Under the pieces are notes generated by a model. The model did not search any database and was not told the DNA's origin. It was given only the letters and a program-made list of their open reading frames with translations. The translations under genes and the position numbers were made by a program. From assembly GCA_018992685.1 (NCBI GenBank), contig JACVGT010000038.1, positions 1 through 55,942 of the forward strand: a stretch of DNA of 55,942 bases, read 5' to 3'. This document shows, piece by piece, positions 37,086-47,077 of the stretch. This stretch comes from Theionarchaea archaeon. GTDB lineage: Archaea > Methanobacteriota_B > Thermococci > Methanofastidiosales > SZ-28-30. How positions within the stretch are numbered: the stretch's first letter is position 1; each line of letters starts with the position of its first letter.

Positions 37086-39083
37086 ATGAAAAGGTTTTTG
37101 CTGATTGTACTTATCTTTTTGATTCCAATGGCCGAATGTCAAGGCATCCTCCCTCCTAAAGGATTTTTTGTGTCAGATTTACAGCCTGAGGCCATTATTG
37201 TGGTGGGGGATGCTGCATGTGCAGAAGATGTTATTTCAGCCACCATGTTGGCCACCAGGATGGCGGACATGACAGCACAAGCCAGAACGCGAATTACAGA
37301 AGTGGTCACCTCTGAGACTGAACATATCGCCCTTGACATGATCCCCTTTGAGTGGGCAGACTATCATGTGCTGTTTGATCTCACCGAGGATACGTTGTGG
37401 CACTATGATTACCGTCTGGAAGATCTCAGAGATACTATTCCTGGGGGGTTCATTCCTACCTGGGGAAGAACATGGGCTTCCCGGACCACTCCCATCAATT
37501 TGCTTGGTGATTACTACAGCATGCTGGAAATCAGGCAGTATGATGGCTATTCATGGTGGTACCTGTTCCATGGAATTCCTCGCAACTTTGAGCATCAGTG
37601 TATCAAGCGGGGTGAATCGCGAAGGTATGGAAAGTATCTCGTCACTGTCCTTGATGTGGATGTGGATGAGCTGGAAGTTACCATAGCCCTCACCAGTGAT
37701 ACCATGGATGCGAGAATTATCCTTCCCGTATACTGCAAGGATTGTAAGCACGTCGTGGGAGAACTATTCTGTAATGCCACTGATCCCATGCCTCCTCTGG
37801 AAGCTGCAGACACGCTCCAGAACGAGTATCCTGGGTTTTTTGTCAACCTCAAGTACTTCGTGGGCGGGCCTCTCTCAATTCCTGAAGGAGTGGCCCGTGC
37901 CCAGTGGTACTGGAATGCTACCATCCCTGCCACTCCCGATACATATATTGATGGTGAATTCAATGTACCCACACCGCAAGCTGATTACTACCTGGAGTTT
38001 CTGCGCGCCTTTTCTGCCTCAACGAGAAAAGGTGTCCCTCTACGGGTGTATACTGCAGGGTTCTTATCGGATGAGAAGGGGGAGGTCAATGTATTCCTAT
38101 CAAGTGACTACTCGTTTGACAGTCTCGCTGTTACTCTGGTTCTCTTCGAAAGACGAGTTGAGTGTAGCGGCACCACATACTTCAATGTGGTACGGATGAT
38201 ATCACATCCCGTGTACCTTTCCATGAGGGAAGGGTCAACATTTGAATACTCGTACACATTTTCAATTCCTCCAACAATCAGTAACCCAGCCCCCGAAACC
38301 GTGGGAGCAGTTGTTTTTGTACAGGATACAGTGACCCGGAAAATATATCAGGCAGATGTTCTGGATTTGAAAGAGAAAAGGAACGTCTTCGAAATAGATA
38401 TTGATGCAGACTTTGATGGAGAAGCCAAGGAAGTGGAATTCGCCATTGAATGCACAAAAATACCCTTCGTGGGTGTTCAGGGGAATGCATGGGCCAGATT
38501 CAATATCTACTGGCTACAGGACTATGGTGTGGTGTTCCCCATGTGCTGTGGCACTCCCTTTTTTGAGAATGAAACTGCATCATGGGATCTTGAGATTGAA
38601 AAACGTGGAACCCTGGGATACATTCAGGTCAATGTGTGCGATCCCTTTGACATTCACTGTTTAGAACCAGGAGATGTACTTTACGGGCCACGACATTTGA
38701 CCCGGATTGAAGTGATAGAAGTAACTGATACATATGTTGAATTCTTCTTCCAGTTCATGAGAGTCTCGGAAATGGACGTGGGAAAGGAACGTGTCGTCGA
38801 ACCTTCCTCCTTGATCTATCTGGCTCACGATGTTACAGGTGAGGAAGTCGAATGCAAGAACCTTGTGCTGGTGGGAGGTCCCGGGGTTAACTCATACACC
38901 CGGAAACTGGTAGATTCAGGTGTATCTCAGGTTCTATGGAATGTTTCCAGCGGGGAGTGGGAATTGATCAAGGATGCTTTTGGATACGGGAAAGACGTGC
39001 TCATCGTGGCAGGAAAGGATAGAGAAGCTACAAAATTTGCAGCCCACAAACTGTACTATGCGCTGGAAATGTATGAACGATGA
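37086..39083 (+). CDS. S-layer-family protein (Methanococcus/Thermococcus S_layer_N/C-like) with inserted domains
   Basis: Signal peptide, IIVVGDAACAEDVISA, NLVLVGGPGVNS, VLIVAGKDREAT. Confidence 0.75.
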   Translation: MKRFLLIVLIFLIPMAECQGILPPKGFFVSDLQPEAIIVVGDAACAEDVISATMLATRMADMTAQARTRITEVVTSETEHIALDMIPFEWADYHVLFDLTEDTLWHYDYRLEDLRDTIPGGFIPTWGRTWASRTTPINLLGDYYSMLEIRQYDGYSWWYLFHGIPRNFEHQCIKRGESRRYGKYLVTVLDVDVDELEVTIALTSDTMDARIILPVYCKDCKHVVGELFCNATDPMPPLEAADTLQNEYPGFFVNLKYFVGGPLSIPEGVARAQWYWNATIPATPDTYIDGEFNVPTPQADYYLEFLRAFSASTRKGVPLRVYTAGFLSDEKGEVNVFLSSDYSFDSLAVTLVLFERRVECSGTTYFNVVRMISHPVYLSMREGSTFEYSYTFSIPPTISNPAPETVGAVVFVQDTVTRKIYQADVLDLKEKRNVFEIDIDADFDGEAKEVEFAIECTKIPFVGVQGNAWARFNIYWLQDYGVVFPMCCGTPFFENETASWDLEIEKRGTLGYIQVNVCDPFDIHCLEPGDVLYGPRHLTRIEVIEVTDTYVEFFFQFMRVSEMDVGKERVVEPSSLIYLAHDVTGEEVECKNLVLVGGPGVNSYTRKLVDSGVSQVLWNVSSGEWELIKDAFGYGKDVLIVAGKDREATKFAAHKLYYALEMYER

Positions 39084-39265
39084 TAAGATACCGTACAGCT
39101 ATCAGGAGAACCTCTCCCACCAAATCTGTTTCTGGATTCCGCACAATTGCACAAATACAAAAACGCTAAATTGGGAATATTTTTACATTTAAGAATATAT
39201 TTTAGCATTTTGAGTCAAAAAGGTTTATATATTGTCCTTTTCATTGAGAGTTGAGGTGATCACAG

Positions 39266-39337
39266 ATGTTTATGGAATACACCATAGCACGAACACGGAT
39301 CGAAGACATCCAAAGAAATTACCAGAAAAAGCACTAA
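39266..39337 (+). CDS. 23-aa microprotein MFMEYTIARTRIEDIQRNYQKKH
   Basis: TATA at 39224-39231, GAGGTG RBS, hairpin and pyrimidine tract after the stop. Homologous to 47322-47393. Confidence 0.65.
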   Translation: MFMEYTIARTRIEDIQRNYQKKH

Positions 39338-39445
39338 GAAGGTCCCCGGATCTTCATTTCTCTTCTTGATTTTTGTTGCCTGGCAGACGGTTTCCCAGGA
39401 ATGATTCTTGCATAAGGGTATAAATGCCAGTTCCTTACTCTGGGT

Positions 39446-40489
39446 ATGAACCTTGACACACTACCCAGGATAGCGCTGGGGCGGTTACCCACACCTCTGG
39501 AGAAGATGGGTACTTTATCGCAGGTTCTTCACATACCTGAGCTTTACATTAAACGAGATGATCTTACAGGTATTGGATACGGTGGCAACAAGATCAGAAA
39601 ACTGGAATACCTGCTGGCAGATGCTCTTTCCAAGGGCGCAGATACAATCATTACCACAGGTGGTGTCCAGTCCAATTTCACCCGTGCTACAACTGCATGT
39701 TGCGTAAAAGCTGGATTGAAACCAGTCCTGGTGTTAATTGGTGACGAACCTGCTGAGTACAGAGGGAACGTGCTCCTGGAAACATTGATGGGAGCAGAAA
39801 TACATTATGTCTCGGCTGATTCTATGGATGAAGGAGCCAGAAAGGCAGACGAACTCATGGAAACGATTGCTGAAAACTTGAAAGCTCAAGGTCACACTGG
39901 TTACATCATGCCTGTGGGTGGATCCATTCCTGTGGGTATAGCGGGATTTGCAAGAGGATTTCTCGAACTCGCCCAGCAGGCAGAGGAGTTGGACATATCC
40001 CCACAGCACATCATTGTGGCCACAGGGTCAGGAGGCACCCAGGCGGGGTTGCTGGTGGGCAAGATATTGAAAGAAGCTACTATCAGAATAGTAGGTATTC
40101 GAGTGGGAAAGATGTTTGAGCCCTTCTGTGAGATGATTCTGGAAAAAGCGAGGGATACAGCACAGTTTCTGGGAATGACCAAATCAATCAGCAAAGAGGA
40201 CGTCATATGTTACAGCGACTTTGTGGGGGAAGGGTATGACATTCCCACGAAAGAGGCAAATGAGGCAATCAGATTGGCGGCCCGAACAGAAGCTGTTTTC
40301 CTGGATCCTGTGTACACGGGTAAGGCGATGGCAGGGCTAATAGGGCTGGTAGAACGTGGCGAAATTCCACGAGATGATACCATTGTTTTCTGGCATACGG
40401 GAGGAGATCCAGCATTATTCGCAGGTGAGGAACTTCTGGGAAAAGAATTTGTGGAATCTCTCAAGACGTCTCCTCAAACTGAGTGGTGA
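39446..40489 (+). CDS. D-cysteine desulfhydrase/ACC deaminase family PLP enzyme
   Basis: KRDDLTG..GGNKIRKLEY, QSN, GSGGTQAG, LDPVYTGKA. Confidence 0.9.
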   Translation: MNLDTLPRIALGRLPTPLEKMGTLSQVLHIPELYIKRDDLTGIGYGGNKIRKLEYLLADALSKGADTIITTGGVQSNFTRATTACCVKAGLKPVLVLIGDEPAEYRGNVLLETLMGAEIHYVSADSMDEGARKADELMETIAENLKAQGHTGYIMPVGGSIPVGIAGFARGFLELAQQAEELDISPQHIIVATGSGGTQAGLLVGKILKEATIRIVGIRVGKMFEPFCEMILEKARDTAQFLGMTKSISKEDVICYSDFVGEGYDIPTKEANEAIRLAARTEAVFLDPVYTGKAMAGLIGLVERGEIPRDDTIVFWHTGGDPALFAGEELLGKEFVESLKTSPQTEW

Positions 40490-40493
40490 TGTG

Positions 40494-40964
40494 ATGGACA
40501 TTATTCCTGCTCAGCATCAGCACATCCCGGAAATCGTGGAGATCTGGAAGGAGTTGATGGACTTTCATGAACAGATTAACCCGATCTTCGGAAGGGGCAA
40601 GAAAGGACACGTCCATTACCAGATGCATCTTGACAAGATGATGGATTCAGACAGAGCGCAGGTTCTTGTGGCAGTGGATCAGGGGACGGTGGTGGGCTAT
40701 TCTCTGGCCTTGGTGTTGGAGATTCCGCCCATTCTTACCTATTCGAAACGGGGGTTCATATCGGACGTGGCTGTATCGTCAGGATACAGGAGGAAAGGCA
40801 TCGGAACAGAAATAGTGGCCAGGATACTTGACTGGTTTGATTCTCAGGATATTAGTCAGATTCAGGTGCAGGTAGCCTGCAAGAATGAGATAGGTTACAA
40901 CTTCTGGAAAAAACAGGGATTCGAGGAGGATTTGTTCGTTCTGCGGAAACGAGAACCTAAATAA
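40494..40964 (+). CDS. GNAT-family acetyltransferase
   Basis: VAVSSGYRRKGIGT, N..GYNFWKKQGF. Confidence 0.88.
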   Translation: MDIIPAQHQHIPEIVEIWKELMDFHEQINPIFGRGKKGHVHYQMHLDKMMDSDRAQVLVAVDQGTVVGYSLALVLEIPPILTYSKRGFISDVAVSSGYRRKGIGTEIVARILDWFDSQDISQIQVQVACKNEIGYNFWKKQGFEEDLFVLRKREPK

Positions 40965-41056
40965 TTTGTTGACCTCGCGTGAGGCGGGCGTGCTGGCCAG
41001 GTCCTCTCGGGCGCAACATTCAAAAGTCTCCAGACGTCAAATGAAGAGGTGTCGCT

Positions 41057-42586
41057 ATGAATAGTAGGATCGTTGTCCTCCACAACATTCATGTCGTCTT
41101 CAACTTTCTGGGGTCCACATTCCTTGTACTGAGCGGCATCCTGCTCGTTCCTTTGCTGGTGGCAATCCTCACTGGCGAAATAGATGATGGTCTGATAGTG
41201 AGTGCCTTTGCGTGCCCTGCCGGGATATCCTTGGTCACAGGCGTCGTCTTGAGGAGCGTATTCAAGGGAGATCGGATTTCACCAGTTCAGGCTCTGTTTA
41301 TTTGTGCCCTTGGATGGCTGGGCTTTTCTGCTGTTGGCGCCATCCCTTATGTTATAGCGCTGGACCATTCGTATATTGACAGTGTATTTGAAGCAATGAG
41401 TGGATTCACCACCACAGGAATGACGTTGTTCACAGGACTGGATACCCTGCCAAGGACGATTCTGTTCTGGAGGAGTTTCACTCAGTTTCTGGGGGGTCTT
41501 GGTATTCTAACCTTCTTTCTGGCAATTACCTACCAGGGAGAGAGCTCTCATCAATTATTTGGAGCAGAATCTCACAAAATAGAAGTGCGTCGTCCTGTGC
41601 CTGGACTGGCCAATACCGTAACTATCCTGTGGAGTATCTACACGGGATTCACCATATGCATTGCGCTGGCTCTAATGGCAGCCGGAATGAGTCCTTTTGA
41701 TAGTGTGTGCCACAGTTTTACTACACTGTCTACGGGAGGGTTTTCTCCTCATGATGCAAGCATTGGGTACTACACCATGATTCATCATCCCCATTCAGTG
41801 GTAATCGAGTACATCTTGATTTTTGGAATGGTTCTTGGTGGAATCAACTTTCTGGTTCATTACCGCATCCTCAAGAAAGATGGTAGAGCATTGTGGGACA
41901 ATACTGAAATGAAATACTGGTGGGGATTTATCCTTCTATTCTGTCTCATAATCCTCGGAGAAAGGATACATGCTGTCTCTCTGGCAGAATTTCAAGGATT
42001 AGGGTCAATTGAAGAACATGTCAGGAAGATACTATTCCAGGTGACAGCTATCATCACAACCACTGGATTCTCCACAGTGGACATTGGGTCATCCTTCTTT
42101 GGAGAGGTGGCCAGGCAGCTTTTCCTGGTCCTGATGATGGTAGGAGGATGTGTAGGATCAACAGCGGGGGGATTCAAGGTGTTGCGGGTGGCAATCCTGA
42201 AGAACCTGATAGGACGGGAAGTGTTCCGATTGAGAACACCAAGACGTGCAATTTCCTCAGTGGTGATTGACGGTAAGCCAGTGAGCATTGACGAAATTCA
42301 GCGAGTCGGGGCGTTGTTTTTTGCGTGGATCGTCCTGATTGTGGTGGGAGGAGTTGTAACTACATTTCTCTCAGGGATTTCTGGATACGAATCTCTTTCA
42401 GGTATGTTCAGTGCTGTAGGAAACGTTGGACCTTCTTTTATTTCAGTACAGGTAATGGCATCATTCAACCCGCTGATTAAGATGGTGTACATAGGTGGAA
42501 TGCTGGCAGGTCGCCTGGAGATTCTACCTGTTCTTCTTCTGTTAAGTCCTCGAGCGTGGGGTTCAAAAGGAATGATGAGGAGGTAG
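41057..42586 (+). CDS. trkH: Trk potassium uptake membrane subunit
   Basis: FEAMSGFTTTG, STGGF, TTTGF, GSTAGG, GNVGP, GRLE. Confidence 0.93.
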   Translation: MNSRIVVLHNIHVVFNFLGSTFLVLSGILLVPLLVAILTGEIDDGLIVSAFACPAGISLVTGVVLRSVFKGDRISPVQALFICALGWLGFSAVGAIPYVIALDHSYIDSVFEAMSGFTTTGMTLFTGLDTLPRTILFWRSFTQFLGGLGILTFFLAITYQGESSHQLFGAESHKIEVRRPVPGLANTVTILWSIYTGFTICIALALMAAGMSPFDSVCHSFTTLSTGGFSPHDASIGYYTMIHHPHSVVIEYILIFGMVLGGINFLVHYRILKKDGRALWDNTEMKYWWGFILLFCLIILGERIHAVSLAEFQGLGSIEEHVRKILFQVTAIITTTGFSTVDIGSSFFGEVARQLFLVLMMVGGCVGSTAGGFKVLRVAILKNLIGREVFRLRTPRRAISSVVIDGKPVSIDEIQRVGALFFAWIVLIVVGGVVTTFLSGISGYESLSGMFSAVGNVGPSFISVQVMASFNPLIKMVYIGGMLAGRLEILPVLLLLSPRAWGSKGMMRR

Positions 42587-42590
42587 TTTT

Positions 42591-43265
42591 ATGTTTGTGA
42601 TTGTTGCAGGCGCAGGTATAATTGGGAAGGAAATAATCAAGATCTTGGTAGAGAATAAGCATGATGTCGTGGTTATCGATAGAGACAGGGAGGTCTGTGA
42701 AATGTTGTATGCTGAAACTGGGGCAATGACCATTCATGGAAATGCCACAGACATCCGGGTTCTGGAGGAAGCAGGTGCAGTTCAATCTGATGCCATCGTG
42801 TGTCTCTTACACAGTCATGCTGACAACATTGCGTGTTCACTGCTGGCCAAGAGCCTGGGCATTCCGAGAATCATTGCACGATTGAGAGATCCTCGATATG
42901 AGCAGGCGTATCTGGAAGCAGGGGTCACTACCATTGCTAGTGTTGCTGATTTGTTGATAAACAGGATTATCATGGGAGTGGAGCAGCCCAAGGTAAAGCG
43001 GATCATGTCCCTGAGCGGTGGAGCAGAAATTTATGCTGTTAATATACCGAAAAAGGTACGCATTGCTGGAATGAAGATTAAAGAGGTAACAGGTCAATCT
43101 AAGTTCCCTAAAGAAGTCGTTTTCATGGGTATCTATGATGAACATGACGGAACATTTCTGATCCCCAGAGGAGATCACGTCATGCAACCCGGGTACACGG
43201 TGTTTCTGGTTTCGAAGCCAGAAGACATGAGAAGAGCCACCGACATTCTGACTGAGGAGAAGTAG
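42591..43265 (+). CDS. trkA: Trk potassium uptake RCK subunit
   Basis: GAGIIG, GNAT..LEEAG, TrkA-C IPRGD. Confidence 0.92.
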   Translation: MFVIVAGAGIIGKEIIKILVENKHDVVVIDRDREVCEMLYAETGAMTIHGNATDIRVLEEAGAVQSDAIVCLLHSHADNIACSLLAKSLGIPRIIARLRDPRYEQAYLEAGVTTIASVADLLINRIIMGVEQPKVKRIMSLSGGAEIYAVNIPKKVRIAGMKIKEVTGQSKFPKEVVFMGIYDEHDGTFLIPRGDHVMQPGYTVFLVSKPEDMRRATDILTEEK

Positions 43266-43372
43266 GATGGGTCATGAATGTGATGTGTCGGACAATGAAG
43301 AACTTCACCTTTTCGGAGAGAATTTTTCCCAGACCCTTTTTGATTATTGAGAAACCAGTATCTATAAAGCAA

Positions 43373-43490
43373 GGAGGGCCTGTTTTGGAGCTTTCCTTCT
43401 TTTGGAAGGTCTTTCCTTCGATCCCTTTCGGGTTCGAATTCCGCTCGCATCGACACGAAGTCTCTGCGTGCACTCCTCACAGACCCATCC
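43373..43490 (-). ncRNA. Candidate structured non-coding RNA (multi-stem junction, GAAA tetraloop)
   Basis: BRE/TATA at about 43523-43508. Paired 5' and 3' ends enclose three hairpins. Confidence 0.55.
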
Positions 43491-43817
43491 TTTATATCTC
43501 GCCTCAATATATAAATCTTTCGGTTCAATCCTGTTAGAGTTAATTAATAGTAAAAAGAAATTTCCACTGGAACTTTCCTGGCTATTGCTGTATGTAAGTA
43601 GAACTAATTTGAATAATCTTTCATTATTCCTATCTTCGATCGCATTATCACAGAAATGTCTTTTTAAACAGCAAAAAGATGAGCTCCTCCCATTTTTTTT
43701 CTAATCTTTGGAGGTGCAGAAAGATGGTTTTAACCCATGAGTTGGGATGGCTCAACTCGTGGGTTTGTGTCAGCAAGCGACAAGGAAGAGGTAAGAAAGA
43801 AAAAAGAATACAGGCTC

Positions 43818-45077
43818 TCAGAACTCCTTCCACTTGGTAATCTTCACCGCGATGACCATCATTACCGCTGCAAAGCACCCCAACACCACAAACCCCATGC
43901 CTGCATTTCCAGGATTTTTATACACCATAATCTGCAAAAGTCCATCGTGGAAGTAGTGGAGAGGAAGCACCCTGGCCACTTCCTGCAGATAGTCCGGCAT
44001 CTGTTCAATAGGCCAGAACGCACCAGACAAGAACATCATGGGAAAGGCAATTGCATTACCTGCACCTGAAGCAGCTTCCACATCCTTAATTACACCTCCC
44101 AGAACCATGCCGACACTGCAGAATGCCACAGCACCCACAAAAACCAACGACAACGCGTATGCATCCGGCACGAGCCTCACATCAAAAACGACCCAGCCCA
44201 AGGCAATCATCACTCCGGTGAGAATAAATGCCAGCACTGTTTGCTCAAGCACATTCCCCAGAATCCAACTGGTCTTGGGCAAAGGAGTTGCTGCCAGCCG
44301 TTTCACCTGGCCGTTCCTCCGGTATTCAGATATGGTAGAGGTGGCCCCAATGACCCCATTGGTCATGATAAATGCTGCAATAAATCCGGGTAGAAAGTAG
44401 TCTACTACCTTCAGCGTTCTCTGCTCCAGAGGCATGCCCTCAAGAGCAAGGACTTCCTCACTTCCGAGCAGTCCATTGCTGAAAGCATTTGCCACTCCAT
44501 GAATGATTCCCAGTAAAGCAGGAGCTGCCATATCTTGTTCATCCATCCACAGCACCAGCTGAGGACTTTCTCCTCCTTGACCCCCCAGCACGCTCTGTAG
44601 TGCCAATTCCCCTCTCTGTATCCCTTCAACATCCTCAGGACTCATGTACGCTGCAAATTCCTTTCCAACAAACTCAAGCGTGTTCACTGTTACTTTAACC
44701 TGCACAGACACTTTTTTCCTGGCCGCCTGTTCATGAAACCCTTCGGGAATCACCAGGATTCTGTACCTGAACGAAAAAGAAGGATTCATCTTTACATATT
44801 CCTTGATGTCCACGTCGTGCTCCAAGCTCCTCATGTCAAAAGCACCAGTAGCCCTTACAGCCTCCACGAATCCTTGGGACAGTTCGGTGGGGTTGCCCTT
44901 GCTATCCACGTCCATGTTTTGGACGAAGAGAACATACTGACTGGTTCCCCCTCCCCCGAACACGGTGCTGAAAATGAACAAGAGCATGATGGGGAACAAA
45001 AATGAGAAGAAAATGCCTGCTTTACTCCTCATCCAGCTTTTCAACAAAGCGGAAAACACTGCTACAACTCCTGTCAT
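43818..45077 (-). CDS. ABC-2 type exporter permease
   Basis: FFSFLFP, DYFLPG, KRLAATP, FLSGAFWP. Confidence 0.9.
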   Translation of the reverse strand: MTGVVAVFSALLKSWMRSKAGIFFSFLFPIMLLFIFSTVFGGGGTSQYVLFVQNMDVDSKGNPTELSQGFVEAVRATGAFDMRSLEHDVDIKEYVKMNPSFSFRYRILVIPEGFHEQAARKKVSVQVKVTVNTLEFVGKEFAAYMSPEDVEGIQRGELALQSVLGGQGGESPQLVLWMDEQDMAAPALLGIIHGVANAFSNGLLGSEEVLALEGMPLEQRTLKVVDYFLPGFIAAFIMTNGVIGATSTISEYRRNGQVKRLAATPLPKTSWILGNVLEQTVLAFILTGVMIALGWVVFDVRLVPDAYALSLVFVGAVAFCSVGMVLGGVIKDVEAASGAGNAIAFPMMFLSGAFWPIEQMPDYLQEVARVLPLHYFHDGLLQIMVYKNPGNAGMGFVVLGCFAAVMMVIAVKITKWKEF

Positions 45078-45997
45078 ATCAATTCACCTCGCTCGTCAAC
45101 CCGTCCACCCGCCAGCCGGGAAAACACATTGTCCATGCTGGGCTCGACAATGTCCAGATGGTATTTCTCATCCTGCCCGTACAAGGCGGCCAGAGTCCTT
45201 CCCACCTGAATCCTGTCATGGAAAACACCTTCAATGCTGCTGTCTTCTCTGACTACTTTCTGTGCAGTCTCCATCAGAACCCTCTCAATCTCATCATTGT
45301 AGGGGGATACTCTGATCCTGATTCCTCCACCATAGGCAGAGATCAGCTCGTCAACACTTCCCTGGGCAATAATCTCTCCACCATAGATGACTGCTGCTCG
45401 ATCACTCAGCTGCTCCACTTCCTCCATGTAGTGTGAGGTCAAGACCACGGTCTTCCCCATGCTCCTCAATCTCCTGATGACGTCCCATGTCTCCTTTCTG
45501 GCCTGGGGATCAAGCCCAGTAGTGGGTTCATCCAGGAACAAGAGGACGGGGTTACTGATAAGTGCCATACAGATTCCTGCTCGTCTCTTCATTCCTCCAG
45601 ACAGTGATTCAAACCGTCTGTCTCTAGCTTCCCACATTCCCAGTTCTTCAAGGACGCTGCGCAAATCAGGGTCTACCTGATAAATGCGGGCAATCAATTC
45701 CACATTCTCTCTTACCGTCAGTCTCTCAAAAGCACTGAAATCCTGGGGCATGGCCCCGATCCGTTTCTTGATTTCCTTCTCATCATGGGTAACATCATAT
45801 CCTAAAACAGAGGCCTTTCCGCTGGTGGGTGTCCTCAGACATTCCAGAATTTCCACAGTGGTGGTCTTACCTGCACCATTTGGCCCCACCAGGGAGAAAA
45901 TCTCTCCTTCCTTGACGGTGAATGAGATACTATTCACTGCGACTACGGGTTTGTAGGTTTTTACCAGATTTTCAACTCGTATAACTTCTTCAGGCAT
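45074..45997 (-). CDS. ABC transporter ATP-binding protein
   Basis: GPNGAGKTT, LSGG, LDEPTTGLD. Confidence 0.93.
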   Translation of the reverse strand: MPEEVIRVENLVKTYKPVVAVNSISFTVKEGEIFSLVGPNGAGKTTTVEILECLRTPTSGKASVLGYDVTHDEKEIKKRIGAMPQDFSAFERLTVRENVELIARIYQVDPDLRSVLEELGMWEARDRRFESLSGGMKRRAGICMALISNPVLLFLDEPTTGLDPQARKETWDVIRRLRSMGKTVVLTSHYMEEVEQLSDRAAVIYGGEIIAQGSVDELISAYGGGIRIRVSPYNDEIERVLMETAQKVVREDSSIEGVFHDRIQVGRTLAALYGQDEKYHLDIVEPSMDNVFSRLAGGRVDERGELI

Positions 45998-46183
45998 AAT
46001 GTATCATCTCCTTGGCCAATTGAACTCCTACGCTCCTCTTCATTTCAGATTACCAGTCCATTTGTTCGGGTGGATTACACTTTATAAACTCTCTGCCCGA
46101 GGCTGAGGCCGAGCCCGAGCTCATGTTGCACCCTTTTTCCTGCTCCCTTCAATTAGAGTTTCATGACCGAGAGCGGAATGATT

Positions 46184-47077
46184 TCATATGCGTCGTGCAG
46201 AAAGTAGTCCATCCTCCTCACACACATCGGCCAGATTCTCCTTTTGCAGGATTTTCAAGTAGTCGAAACACTCAGCCAATGCTAATAGGATCTCTGATGC
46301 ACGTATTTCACCGAACACTGCCTTTGTTATCTCAGCCAGGGATTGTGGCGCTTCTTGGAGTGAACGTATGACAGTTAGGCGTCTCTGTTCGTGTTCTCTG
46401 AGAATGGTTTGTATTCTTCTGGCATGGTCTTCAATGATTACCCCATGCCCAGGAAAGACCTTTTTGACATCCAGCTGAGAGAGAGTATGCAGTGATCGTT
46501 GATATGCTTCAAGTCCACATCTCTTGTCAAAGACTGCATGAATACTGGGATTGGTTGAAATGGTGGGAAGCAACGTGTCTCCTGCATACATGATATCCCC
46601 CAGGACAAAGCAGCAGCTCCCCCCTGTATGGCCCGGAGTGTGGATCACCTCCATCGCACCCTGTTCAGTCATGATGATGTCTTTCAACGGCTCGGCAGGA
46701 CAGCTTTCCCCATATGTGCTCAATCCACGGTAATATTCCTCAAAATGGGATATCAACTTTCTGGATAGTCCGCTCTTCCTCAGAAAATCTGAGTATCTCC
46801 ATGATTTCTTTTCCAGTTCAGTTCTATAGGCTGAAACTGATAGAAGATCATTTTCATGAACAAATACTGTGCAGTCGGTCTTCTCCTTAAGATAATATGC
46901 CAGCCCATGGTGATCAACATGTCCATGGGTGATTACAACGTTTGCTATCGAACTCAGATTGATCTGGTTCAGAATCTTCAATGCTTCAGGAGTTTTTGGC
47001 CCTGTGTCTATCAGTGTGTCTCCTACCAGATATAGGTTAACATTTCCCACGGCAAATGGAGTAGGGACTTCTATCAT
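46184..47077 (-). CDS. MBL-fold metallo-hydrolase
   Basis: THGHVDHHG, HTPGH, GD, PGHG. Confidence 0.9.
   Translation of the reverse strand: MIEVPTPFAVGNVNLYLVGDTLIDTGPKTPEALKILNQINLSSIANVVITHGHVDHHGLAYYLKEKTDCTVFVHENDLLSVSAYRTELEKKSWRYSDFLRKSGLSRKLISHFEEYYRGLSTYGESCPAEPLKDIIMTEQGAMEVIHTPGHTGGSCCFVLGDIMYAGDTLLPTISTNPSIHAVFDKRCGLEAYQRSLHTLSQLDVKKVFPGHGVIIEDHARRIQTILREHEQRRLTVIRSLQEAPQSLAEITKAVFGEIRASEILLALAECFDYLKILQKENLADVCEEDGLLSARRI

Noticed and set aside
43430-43443. tRNA T-arm-like GGGTTCGAATTCC on the + strand
   Set aside because: No acceptor, D or anticodon arms. It is the antisense of a hairpin in the minus-strand RNA candidate.
43175-43704. Overlapping ORFs of 87-117 aa after trkA
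   Set aside because: No recognisable motifs and they overlap each other. The region is better explained by a structured RNA.
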